Shown here: in pieces, positions 56,425-64,000 of the stretch
How positions within the stretch are numbered: the stretch's first letter is position 1
How the letters are laid out: each line of letters opens with the position of its first letter
Assembly (NCBI GenBank): GCA_963794715.1
Contig: CAWCEY010000009.1
Span: 94,385 to 158,384, forward strand
DNA from: an uncultured Solirubrobacterales bacterium
Lineage (GTDB): Bacteria; Actinomycetota; Thermoleophilia; Solirubrobacterales; Solirubrobacteraceae
Direction of reading: 5' to 3'
DNA: 64,000 bases
Made by a program: the position numbers and the translations under genes
The notes under the pieces: model-generated
The model's input: only the letters and a program-made list of their open reading frames with translations
What the model was told of the DNA's origin: nothing
The model's database searches: none

Positions 56425-56590
56425 GGTGTTCTCCCTTGTGTGTATGCCTTGGTGGTTGCTGTGTGCGGTCCGTACGGCGGGTCGTGGACTCGCGGGAAGC
56501 TGCCGGCGCAGGCCGGCCACCACGAGCAGGGTCACGATCCGGACCCCATACGGGTCGAGGGTCAGATTTGAGGGGTCAGGATAGCCCAAA
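56425..56590 (-). promoter_or_regulatory. rpsB promoter and structured 5' leader (possible S2 autoregulatory element)
   Basis: TATCCT -10 near 56578-56583, then ~150 nt with GACCC...GGGGUC pairing. Support is position plus partial structure only. Confidence 0.35.
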
Positions 56591-56657
56591 CAGCCCCCTC
56601 CCGTCCGGTAAAGGCGGCCGGCCGGGATCACCGCGGGGAGGCAAACCGGGGCCTTTG

Positions 56658-57329
56658 CTATCCCTCGGCACGTTCGAGTGCGGCGGCGAGATCGGCGGGC
56701 AGCTCAGAATGCACCTCCAGCCGCGCCCCCGTCATCGGGTGCGCCAGCGCCAGGCGGGTGGCATGCAGGAATTGGCGCTCCAAGCCGAGCATCCCCGCGG
56801 TTCCGTACTCGGGGTCGCCGGCGACGGGGTTGCCGATCGCCCGCAGGTGCACGCGGATCTGGTGGGTGCGCCCGGTGTCCAGATGCAGACGCAGCAGCGA
56901 GTGCGCGGGGAGGGCACGATCGAGCGTGAAGTGGGTGCGGGCCTCGCGGGGGAAGTTGCCGCCGACCGCCATCCGCGTACGTACGCTCGGGTCGCGGCCG
57001 ATCGGCGCCTCGATCGTGCCGCTGCGCGCGCTCGGGCGACCCTCCACCAGGGCGATGTATTCGCGCTCGATCTGGCGCGCGGCGAGCGCCCGCTGCAGCA
57101 GGCGGTGGGCCTCCTCGGAGCGGGCCACCACCAGCAGCCCGGAGGTGTCGCGGTCGAGGCGGTGCACGATGCCGGCGCGGTCCGGTTCGCCACCGGCGGC
57201 GACGCCGGCCAGCAGCTGCGAGAGCGTGCCCTCGCGATGTCCGCGCGCGGGATGCACCACCAGGCCGGCGGGCTTGTCGACGACCAGCAGGTGCTCATCT
57301 TCGTAGGCGATCGCGAAGGTAGGGATCAG
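56658..57329 (-). CDS. RluA/RluD-family pseudouridine synthase lacking the S4 domain; start uncertain
   Basis: YEDEHLLVVDKPAGLVVHP; HRLDRDTSG; TGRTHQIRVH. Confidence 0.85.
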   Translation of the reverse strand: MIPTFAIAYEDEHLLVVDKPAGLVVHPARGHREGTLSQLLAGVAAGGEPDRAGIVHRLDRDTSGLLVVARSEEAHRLLQRALAARQIEREYIALVEGRPSARSGTIEAPIGRDPSVRTRMAVGGNFPREARTHFTLDRALPAHSLLRLHLDTGRTHQIRVHLRAIGNPVAGDPEYGTAGMLGLERQFLHATRLALAHPMTGARLEVHSELPADLAAALERAEG

Positions 57330-57778
57330 CCCTCCCGGGGGCGCTCGATGATCAGCAGCAGGATCAGAACCCCCAGTGTTATGGAGACGTCGGCGAGGTT
57401 GAAGGGGGGCCAGCCCAGCGGCAGCTTGACGAAGTCGGTGACATACCCGGCGCGCAGGCGGTCCAGCACGTTGCCGAGCGCCCCCCCGAGCAGCATCCCC
57501 GTCGGCAGCCAGATCAGCGGACGCGAGGTGTGCAGGGCGAAATACACCAGCAGCGCCAGCAGCGCCAGCGCAATCACGATCGTCACGGCGACGGGGTCGC
57601 CGGGAAGGAAGCCGAAAGCGACGCCGCGGTTGCGCGTGTTCACCAGCGCCACGCCCGGCAGCACCCCGCGTTCTTCGCCCTGCACGATCCCCGCCCGCAC
57701 GGCGTGCTTGGCGAGCTGGTCGACGGCGACCACGGCGAGGGCGACAAGCGCGGCGCGGATCCAGGGAGAGCGCGTCAA
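57326..57778 (-). CDS. lspA: Lipoprotein signal peptidase
   Basis: DQLAK; NRGVAFG; GGALGNVLDR; DFVK; FNLAD. Confidence 0.95.
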   Translation of the reverse strand: MTRSPWIRAALVALAVVAVDQLAKHAVRAGIVQGEERGVLPGVALVNTRNRGVAFGFLPGDPVAVTIVIALALLALLVYFALHTSRPLIWLPTGMLLGGALGNVLDRLRAGYVTDFVKLPLGWPPFNLADVSITLGVLILLLIIERPREG

Positions 57779-58080
57779 CCGCCGATGATGTGCTGCACGA
57801 CGACGCTGTTGATGAGCTCCAGCGCGATGATCGCGATGATCGGGCTGAGGTCCAGGCCGCCGAAGCTGGGGAGGATGCGGCGGAAGATCCGCAGGAATGG
57901 TTCGCACACGTCGCGCAGAAAGCCGATTGTGGCGCTCACCCCGCGCGAGTAGGGCAGGCGCACGCCGAACGCGAGCAGCCAGCCCACCACGATGTGGGCG
58001 AAGATCAGCAGGATGTAAACGTAGATCAGCGTCGAGAGGTAGTTGGCCACCTCGGTGCGGGCGCTGGCGAGCGGCATCAT
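57775..58080 (-). CDS. yggT: YggT family membrane protein
   Basis: CEPFLRIFRRILPSFGGLDLSPIIA. Confidence 0.93.
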   Translation of the reverse strand: MMPLASARTEVANYLSTLIYVYILLIFAHIVVGWLLAFGVRLPYSRGVSATIGFLRDVCEPFLRIFRRILPSFGGLDLSPIIAIIALELINSVVVQHIIGG

Positions 58081-58166
58081 CGCCGCGGCCCCTGCGGTGG
58101 GGGCTGGCGAGCAGCATCATCGCCGGTTCTGTAGCGACGCGCGCTGGCGAGCGGCATCATCGCCGC
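58061..58166. repeat. Three copies, 40 bp apart, of the yggT start region
   Basis: G(C/G)GCTGGCGAGC(G/A)GCATCATCGCCG at 58061, 58101 and 58141. Confidence 0.9.
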
Positions 58167-59005
58167 GACCCCCGGCGGGCGCCGCCGGGGCCTCCGCGTC
58201 TGCGCAGCACCGCGTCGAGCGCATCGCTGAACGCCGCGCGCACCCCGCCGCGCTCCAAGGCCGCCACCCCGCGCGCCGTGAGTCCTCCGGGCGATGACAC
58301 CTCGCGGCGCAGCGCCAGTGTGTCGTAGTCGCGGCGGCGCAGCAGCTCCGCGGTGCCGGCGAGCGTTTGCACGACCAGCCGGGCGCCCTCCGCCGCGGGG
58401 ATGCCGCGGCGCACGCCGGCGTCGATCTGCGCCTCCGCGACGAGCGCCACGTAGGCGGGGGCACACGACATGAGGCCGGTGGCGACATCCAGAAGGGAGT
58501 CGTCGAGCACCACAAGCGAACCGAGCTCGGCGAACAGCTCGCGCACCTGCGCGTCAAGGGCGCCGCCCCCACCGGGCGCCTCCTGGACCCCGTCGGCGGC
58601 GAGGTCGCCGAAGTCCGCCGCCGCCTCGCGCTCGGGGTCGGCCGCCTGCACCACGGCCCCCTGACGAACCTCGACGGGCAGGGAGGGCATGAAACGGTAG
58701 ACCGGTACCCCGGGGTACGCCTCCTTCACGTCCACCAGGGGCGTGGCGGCGAGGATCGAGGCGACCGCGTGCGCATGGGGAGCGACATCTTCGGCGACAC
58801 CGCGCAGCTGCGCCGGCTTGTGGCAGAGCACCACGAGCTCCGCGCGCGAGGCCACCTCGGCGTTGCTCGCCAGCGCCTCCCCCCCGGTCTCCCGCGCCAG
58901 CGCGCGAGCCCGCTCGGCGACGGGATCGAAGCACAGCACCGGCCGCCCCCACCCGCGGGCGAGCGCGCGTGCCATGTTGCCTGCACCGATCAGACCGATC
59001 TGCAT
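58157..59005 (-). CDS. proC: Pyrroline-5-carboxylate reductase
   Basis: IGAGNMA; LCHKP; RFMPSLP; SCAPAY; VSSPGG. Confidence 0.93.
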   Translation of the reverse strand: MQIGLIGAGNMARALARGWGRPVLCFDPVAERARALARETGGEALASNAEVASRAELVVLCHKPAQLRGVAEDVAPHAHAVASILAATPLVDVKEAYPGVPVYRFMPSLPVEVRQGAVVQAADPEREAAADFGDLAADGVQEAPGGGGALDAQVRELFAELGSLVVLDDSLLDVATGLMSCAPAYVALVAEAQIDAGVRRGIPAAEGARLVVQTLAGTAELLRRRDYDTLALRREVSSPGGLTARGVAALERGGVRAAFSDALDAVLRRRGGPGGARRGSRR

Positions 59006-59063
59006 TGCGGGCTTAGGCTATCGGGCATCCCGGCCCTGACGAAGCGAGAACTCGCGCCCGAGC

Positions 59064-59606
59064 TCAGGATTGATTGAAGAAGCCCTTCTCGATTAGCCGC
59101 GCTCGCTCCTCCGCGGAGATCTCGACGTTGCGGGGAGTCAGCATGAACACCTTGTCGGCGATCCTCTGCATGCCGCCGTCCAGCGCGTAAGTGAGACCCG
59201 AGGCGAAGTCGATCAGGCGCTTGGCCAGATCGGTTTCGGTGCCCTGCAGATTGAGGATCACGGGGATCGAATCCTTGAAGCGGTCGGCCACCTGCTGGGC
59301 GTCGTTGAAGGACTTGGGGATCACCAGGTGCACGCGCACGTCGCCGTTGGCGCGCGAGCCCACGGAGCGCAACACGGTGGTGGGACTCCCCGCCACCCGG
59401 CCCGGGCCCGCTCCCGCCGGTTCGTCGTCGGCGAAGATCTCGTCGAAGTCGTCGCGCCTGCGGCGCAAACGCCGGACGTTGGGGCGCTCGCGGTAGCGAT
59501 CCTCGATCGCCGCCTCGTGCGGTGCCTCGTCTTCGTACTCCTCGTGGTACTCCTCGGCGAGGCCGAAGTACACGAGCGCACGGTGCCATGAGTCTCGAAA
59601 CGCCAT
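59064..59606 (-). CDS. sepF: Cell division protein SepF
   Basis: PKSFNDAQQVADRF; VILNLQ; KRLIDFASGL. Confidence 0.95.
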   Translation of the reverse strand: MAFRDSWHRALVYFGLAEEYHEEYEDEAPHEAAIEDRYRERPNVRRLRRRRDDFDEIFADDEPAGAGPGRVAGSPTTVLRSVGSRANGDVRVHLVIPKSFNDAQQVADRFKDSIPVILNLQGTETDLAKRLIDFASGLTYALDGGMQRIADKVFMLTPRNVEISAEERARLIEKGFFNQS

Positions 59607-59651
59607 TGTCGGGGGCACTCTTCGCTGAAAACGCGAATTTCCCTGCTTATC

Positions 59652-60395
59652 CTAGCGTTTTGCCTCGGCTGGCCGGCTGGCGTTTGGCCGCGACGCCCTG
59701 TGGCGGGCGTGGCCGTTGATCGGTCGGCGATACAGCGCGCCGCCCAGCCTGACGATCGTGGCGCCCTCTTCCACCGCCGTCGTGTAGTCCTGGGAGGTGC
59801 CCATCGACAGCTCGCCCAGCCCGTGCTCCCACGCAAGCTCGCGCAGGGCCCCAAACCAGCGGCGGCTCTGCTCGGGGTCGGCAACCTGCGGCGGCATCGT
59901 CATCAAGCCGGCAACGCGAAACGGGGAGCGCGCCAAATAGCGCGGCAGCTCCTCCGGGAGCACGCCCGCCTTGCCGGCCTCGCGGGCGATGTTGACCTGC
60001 ACCAGCACTTCCATCCCCGGCCGCGCCTGCTCGCTGTGGCGCTCCAGCGCCCGCAACGCCGACTCGCTAGCCAGGGAGTGGATCACGCGCACGTGGGGCA
60101 CGATCAGCGGCACGCGGCGGCTCTGCAGCTGGCCGATGAAATGCCACGCGAAACGCTCGCCATGCGCGGCAACCTTCGCCTGCAGATCCTGCGCGCGGTT
60201 CTCGCCCACCAGCCAGATGCCCGCCTCGGCGAGCGCGGGCAGATCGTCGAGCGCGACGTACTTGGTGGCCGCCAGCACCTGCACCTCGGAGGGGTCGCGC
60301 CCGGCCTCGGCGGCCGCCAGCACGATCTCCTCGCGTACGCGCGCCAGGTTGGCGCGCACCCGCTCGGGCGTGATGCCGGCGATCAGCTCAGGCAT
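59652..60395 (-). CDS. yggS: PLP homeostasis protein YggS
   Basis: LAATKY; GENRAQD; WHFIGQLQ; GLMTMP; LSMGTS. Confidence 0.95.
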   Translation of the reverse strand: MPELIAGITPERVRANLARVREEIVLAAAEAGRDPSEVQVLAATKYVALDDLPALAEAGIWLVGENRAQDLQAKVAAHGERFAWHFIGQLQSRRVPLIVPHVRVIHSLASESALRALERHSEQARPGMEVLVQVNIAREAGKAGVLPEELPRYLARSPFRVAGLMTMPPQVADPEQSRRWFGALRELAWEHGLGELSMGTSQDYTTAVEEGATIVRLGGALYRRPINGHARHRASRPNASRPAEAKR

Positions 60396-61137
60396 GGGAT
60401 CGGCTCAACCATGCAATCCCGGCCTGGCGTCCCGCTTGGAGCCCTTCGCGGCGGTGCGAGAAGAAGCGCTCGTCGCAGATCGTGCACACCCCCACGTCCT
60501 CTACGCGCGCCACTCCGGCCGCCTCCAGGCGCTCGCCGGCGAGCGCCGCCAGGTCGAGCTTGCCAGACCCCTCGCTGTGGGCGCCGTCTGACTGAGAGCC
60601 AAGTTCGCCGGCCTCACGGCCGGCCGCGCCACCCTTCACGGCGTGGCGCACCTCCGCGCCGACCTCGTAGCAGCAGCCGCGCGCGCCGGGGCCGATCACG
60701 GCGACGATCTCGCCCTCTCCGCCGAGCTCGCGTACGGCGCGCACGCCCTCCTCCAGCACACCACCCGCCAGCCCACGCCAGCCGGCGTGCACAGCCGCCA
60801 CCGCGCTCCCCGACCCGAGGATCACCGGCAGGCAGTCCGCCACCAGCACCATCGTGCCGAGCTCGCGCAGTGCGGTGGCGTGGCCGTCGGCGTCGATCGC
60901 CGCGGGCTCCCCGCCGCGGTGGGCGCCATCAACCCCTCCAGCCACGCGCTGCACCGTGGCGCCGTGCACCTGGCGGCTGGCGCACAGCCAGTGCAGGCCG
61001 AGCTGCTGGCAGAGACGATCGCGTTCCCCACGGCCGCGCTCGTGGCCGTTACCGCGCATCGTCGAGAGGTTGCCCTCGGCGCGACTGGTGAACAGCGCGT
61101 GGCCGCCGCCGGGGAGCTCGAAGCGCATGCGGCTCAC
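60388..61137 (-). CDS. pgeF: PgeF/YfiH family protein
   Basis: QVHG; ADCLPV; HAGWRG; CCYEVG; FFSHRR. Confidence 0.93.
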   Translation of the reverse strand: MSRMRFELPGGGHALFTSRAEGNLSTMRGNGHERGRGERDRLCQQLGLHWLCASRQVHGATVQRVAGGVDGAHRGGEPAAIDADGHATALRELGTMVLVADCLPVILGSGSAVAAVHAGWRGLAGGVLEEGVRAVRELGGEGEIVAVIGPGARGCCYEVGAEVRHAVKGGAAGREAGELGSQSDGAHSEGSGKLDLAALAGERLEAAGVARVEDVGVCTICDERFFSHRREGLQAGRQAGIAWLSRSHA

Positions 61138-62504
61138 CGTAGCTGGAGCGCCGCCGCCAACTCGGCCTCGCGGCCGTCGGCCAGCTCGCCGTCCAGCTTC
61201 GCGCAGAGAGCGGCATCCAGGCGACGTCCGATCTCGGGGCCCTCCGGGAGCCCGGCGGCCAGCAGGTCCTCGCCGGTGATCTCCAACCGGATGTTGCGCA
61301 GATCCGCAAGCCAGCGGTGGGCCGCCATCCGCGCCTCGCTCCAGCTCGCCTCATACCAGGCGCCGGCAAGCGCAACACACTCCAGCGACTCAAACGAAGA
61401 GATCTCGTAGATTTCTGAGTTCTCTTCCGCGTTAACCAGTTCTTCGGCGACGGCGTCGGCACAAATCGCCGCGCGGGCCACCAGCGCGATCTCGGGCGCT
61501 CGGAACTCCATCCCTTCGAGCAGCTCATGCATGTTGCCTTCCACGTCCGCATCCTCCTCCAGCAGATCGACCGTCATCGGCTGAAACAGAATCGCCAGCA
61601 GCACCAGGTCTGGGCGGGGATCCGGCCCGGTGCCGCCCCCGGCGTTGGACAACAGATCGAGTGCGTCACGTGCAAGTCGTGCGTCGAAGCCCATCCGCGG
61701 GTGCAGCGCGGCGAGCAGCCCGAGCTCATCCAGCGCGCTTAGCGCGGCGACGGGGTCGGCTTCGCCCAGCGCCAAGCGCAGCTCGGCGCCGACACGCGCC
61801 AGGGAGACCGTCCGCGGGGCGCCCCGCGCCACCGCGGCGGCGGCCAGCTCCGCGGTGCGCTCCTCCACCGTGAAGCCGAGGCGGGCGCGATAGCGCGCCA
61901 GTCGCCACAGGCGCGTGGGGTCATCGAGGAAGCTCCGCTCGTGCAGCACGCGCAACCGCCCCTCACGCAGGTCCTCCCGCGCGCCGGGCACGGCATGCAG
62001 CTCCCCAGGGCGCGGCCCGTCAAGCGCGCAGGCCAGCGCGTTGACCGTGAAGTCACGCCGTCGCAGGTCCTCCTGCAGTGTGGCCGGCTGCACCTCGGGC
62101 AGGGCCCCAGGGGCGGGATAGCGCTCGCGGCGAGCGGTGGCGATGTCGATCCGCCACCCCTCCCCCTCCCCCTCCCATTCAACGCTCGCCGTGCCGAAGC
62201 GCTCGTGCTCGTTCACCGAGGCGTGTGCACCGATGCCGTCGCGGAGCGCGCCAGCCAGCCGTGCGGCGGCGCGGCCGAACTGGGCCTCGCCGCCCTCCAC
62301 CACCACGTCCAGCTCGCGGGGGTGACGACCAAGCAACAGGTCACGCACGGCGCCCCCCACCAGGTGAGCACCAGCCGGCGCGACCGTGCCGGCTGCCGCC
62401 AGCAGCTCCGCTCCCCCGGGCCGCGTGCGCAGCTGCTCCAACAGGTCCGCCGGGTCGGGCGGCGCGCCGCGCTCGGATGGCGTGCTCGGGAGCGCCTCAG
62501 CCAT
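61134..62504 (-). CDS. cca: Class II tRNA nucleotidyltransferase (CCA- or A-adding type)
   Basis: VGGAVRDLLLG; ATARRERYPAPGALP loop; RRDFTVNA; SFLDDPTR. Confidence 0.88.
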   Translation of the reverse strand: MAEALPSTPSERGAPPDPADLLEQLRTRPGGAELLAAAGTVAPAGAHLVGGAVRDLLLGRHPRELDVVVEGGEAQFGRAAARLAGALRDGIGAHASVNEHERFGTASVEWEGEGEGWRIDIATARRERYPAPGALPEVQPATLQEDLRRRDFTVNALACALDGPRPGELHAVPGAREDLREGRLRVLHERSFLDDPTRLWRLARYRARLGFTVEERTAELAAAAVARGAPRTVSLARVGAELRLALGEADPVAALSALDELGLLAALHPRMGFDARLARDALDLLSNAGGGTGPDPRPDLVLLAILFQPMTVDLLEEDADVEGNMHELLEGMEFRAPEIALVARAAICADAVAEELVNAEENSEIYEISSFESLECVALAGAWYEASWSEARMAAHRWLADLRNIRLEITGEDLLAAGLPEGPEIGRRLDAALCAKLDGELADGREAELAAALQLR

Positions 62505-62506
62505 GC

Positions 62507-63322
62507 TCACCGCCGCACGGGGATGCCCGCACGCTCCAGGTGCTCCTTGGCTTCGCCGATGGTGTGTTGCCCGTAGTGAAAGATCGACGCGCACAGCGCG
62601 GCGTCGGCGCCCGCGTTCAGCGCTTCGGCGAGGTGCTCCAGCTCGCCCGCGCCGCCCGAGGCGATCACCGGCACCCCCACGGCGTCGCTCACGGCCGCCG
62701 TCAGCTTCAGGTCGTAGCCGTCGCTGGTGCCGTCGCGGTCCATGCTCGTCAGCAGAATCTCCCCCGCGCCCCGCTCGGTCGCCTCGCGCGCCCACCCCAG
62801 CACGTCGCGGCCGGCGAGGGTGCGCCCGCCCGCGACGTACGCCTCCCACGTCCGTTCCAAGCCCAGATCCACGCCCTCCGTGCCGCTGGGCCGGGCGCCG
62901 TTGGTGGCGGCCGGGCGCGCCTGCGCCTTGGCGTCGATCGCCAGCACCACGCACTGCGCGCCAAACACCCCCGCCAGCTCGTCGATCAGCTGCGGGCGCT
63001 CAAGCGCGGCGGAGTTCACCGACACCTTGTCGGCGCCCGCATCCAGCACCGCCTGCGCGTCCGCCACCGAGCGGATGCCGCCGCCGATCGTGAACGGCAC
63101 AAACACCTCGTCGGCCGTGCGCCGTGCCAGCGCCACAATCGTCTCACGCCGCTCGTGGGTGGCGGTGATGTCAAGAAACACCAGCTCGTCCGCCCCTTCG
63201 CGGTCGTAGTGGGCCGCCAGCTCCACCGGGTCGCCGGCGTCGCGGATGTCGAGGAATTCGACGCCCTTCACCACGCGGCCGCCATCGACGTCCAGGCAGG
63301 GGATGACGCGCTTGAGGTGCAC
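62507..63322 (-). CDS. hisF: Imidazole glycerol phosphate synthase cyclase subunit
   Basis: RVIPCLDV; [10 protein letters not shown]; TSMDRDGT. Confidence 0.97.
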   Translation of the reverse strand: MHLKRVIPCLDVDGGRVVKGVEFLDIRDAGDPVELAAHYDREGADELVFLDITATHERRETIVALARRTADEVFVPFTIGGGIRSVADAQAVLDAGADKVSVNSAALERPQLIDELAGVFGAQCVVLAIDAKAQARPAATNGARPSGTEGVDLGLERTWEAYVAGGRTLAGRDVLGWAREATERGAGEILLTSMDRDGTSDGYDLKLTAAVSDAVGVPVIASGGAGELEHLAEALNAGADAALCASIFHYGQHTIGEAKEHLERAGIPVRR

Positions 63323-63346
63323 GCGTTCACGGTAGCGTTTAAGCGG

Positions 63347-64000
63347 TCAACCGGCGAGCGCGGCGCGCGCCTCGGCGACCGTGAAGCGGCCCTCGTACAG
63401 CGCCTTGCCGACGATCACGCCCGTGAGGCTCGGCTCGCCCAGTGTCGCCAGCATGCGCAAATCGTCCAGCTCGCCGATACCGCCCGAGTAGATCAGGTGG
63501 CCGCCTGTGGCCGCCTTCGCCACCCACGTCACGTCGTCGCGATTCACGCCCTCCAGCATCCCGTCGCGGTCGACGTTGGTATACGCCAACTCGCGCACCC
63601 CCCGCGCGATCAGATCCGCAAACACCTCGCTTGCGCTCACCTCCGCCGCCTTCGTCCAGCCCTCGGTGGTGACGCGGCCGTCGCGAACATCCACCGACAC
63701 CACCACGCGCTCCTGCCCGTGCGCCTGCAGCGCCCACTCCAGCAGGTCGGGGTCGGTGAAGGCCGCGGTGCCGAGAATCACGCGCTCCACGCCCGCCGCC
63801 AGCGCATCGGAGATCGCCTCCAGCGTGCGCAGCCCGCCGCCCAGTTGCACCGGCACACCCAGCTCGCTCGCGACGCGCCGGACGTGCTCGAGGTTCACCG
63901 GGCGCCCCGCACGGGCGCCGTCGAGGTCCACCATGTGCAGATGGTCGGCGCCTTCGTTCACCCAGCGACGCGCCGCCGACAGCGGGTCCTGGTCATAGAC
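63347..64000 (-). CDS. hisA: HisA isomerase (5' end beyond the window)
   Basis: HMVDLDGA; QLGGGLR; YTNVDRDGMLEG; SGGIG; GKALYEG. Confidence 0.95.
   Translation of the reverse strand, partial: VYDQDPLSAARRWVNEGADHLHMVDLDGARAGRPVNLEHVRRVASELGVPVQLGGGLRTLEAISDALAAGVERVILGTAAFTDPDLLEWALQAHGQERVVVSVDVRDGRVTTEGWTKAAEVSASEVFADLIARGVRELAYTNVDRDGMLEGVNRDDVTWVAKAATGGHLIYSGGIGELDDLRMLATLGEPSLTGVIVGKALYEGRFTVAEARAALAG

Noticed and set aside
58061-58166. Mini-CRISPR (about 25-bp repeat with variable ~15-bp spacers)
   Set aside because: Spacers are too short, the repeat is the yggT coding start, and no cas genes are present.

Overview
High-GC actinobacterial chromosome segment, most likely class Thermoleophilia (Solirubrobacterales-like). 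This is inferred from gene content, not measured. The right half is mostly core genome on the minus strand: hisA-hisF-cca-pgeF-yggS-sepF-proC-yggT-lspA-rluA-rpsB-tsf-pyrH-frr-uppS-cdsA-dxr-rseP-acyl-CoA ligase, then ispG, sodA, proS, and pgsA2-rsiG-FHA-MerR. The left half mixes metabolic genes with an accessory hotspot at about 8.4-22 kb. That hotspot holds two Fic genes, a Uma2 nuclease, several tiny leaderless toxin-antitoxin-like genes, and a lower-GC four-gene module (TetR+wHTH regulator, collagen-like protein, FN3/beta-propeller protein, 4x-repeat secreted protein). An 11.3-kb part of it is bracketed by a 213-bp duplication of an ABC transporter 5' region. Other notable items: two vapBC loci flank a lactate-oxidase-family pseudogene whose deleted middle is replaced by an inverted 40-bp copy of the neighbouring vapC; a c-di-AMP riboswitch; a family of AT-rich palindromic intergenic repeats; a 24-bp VNTR; and a triplicated yggT start region. 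No tRNA, rRNA, CRISPR array, integrase or transposase was recognised. GC statements are estimates by eye except where a count is given.
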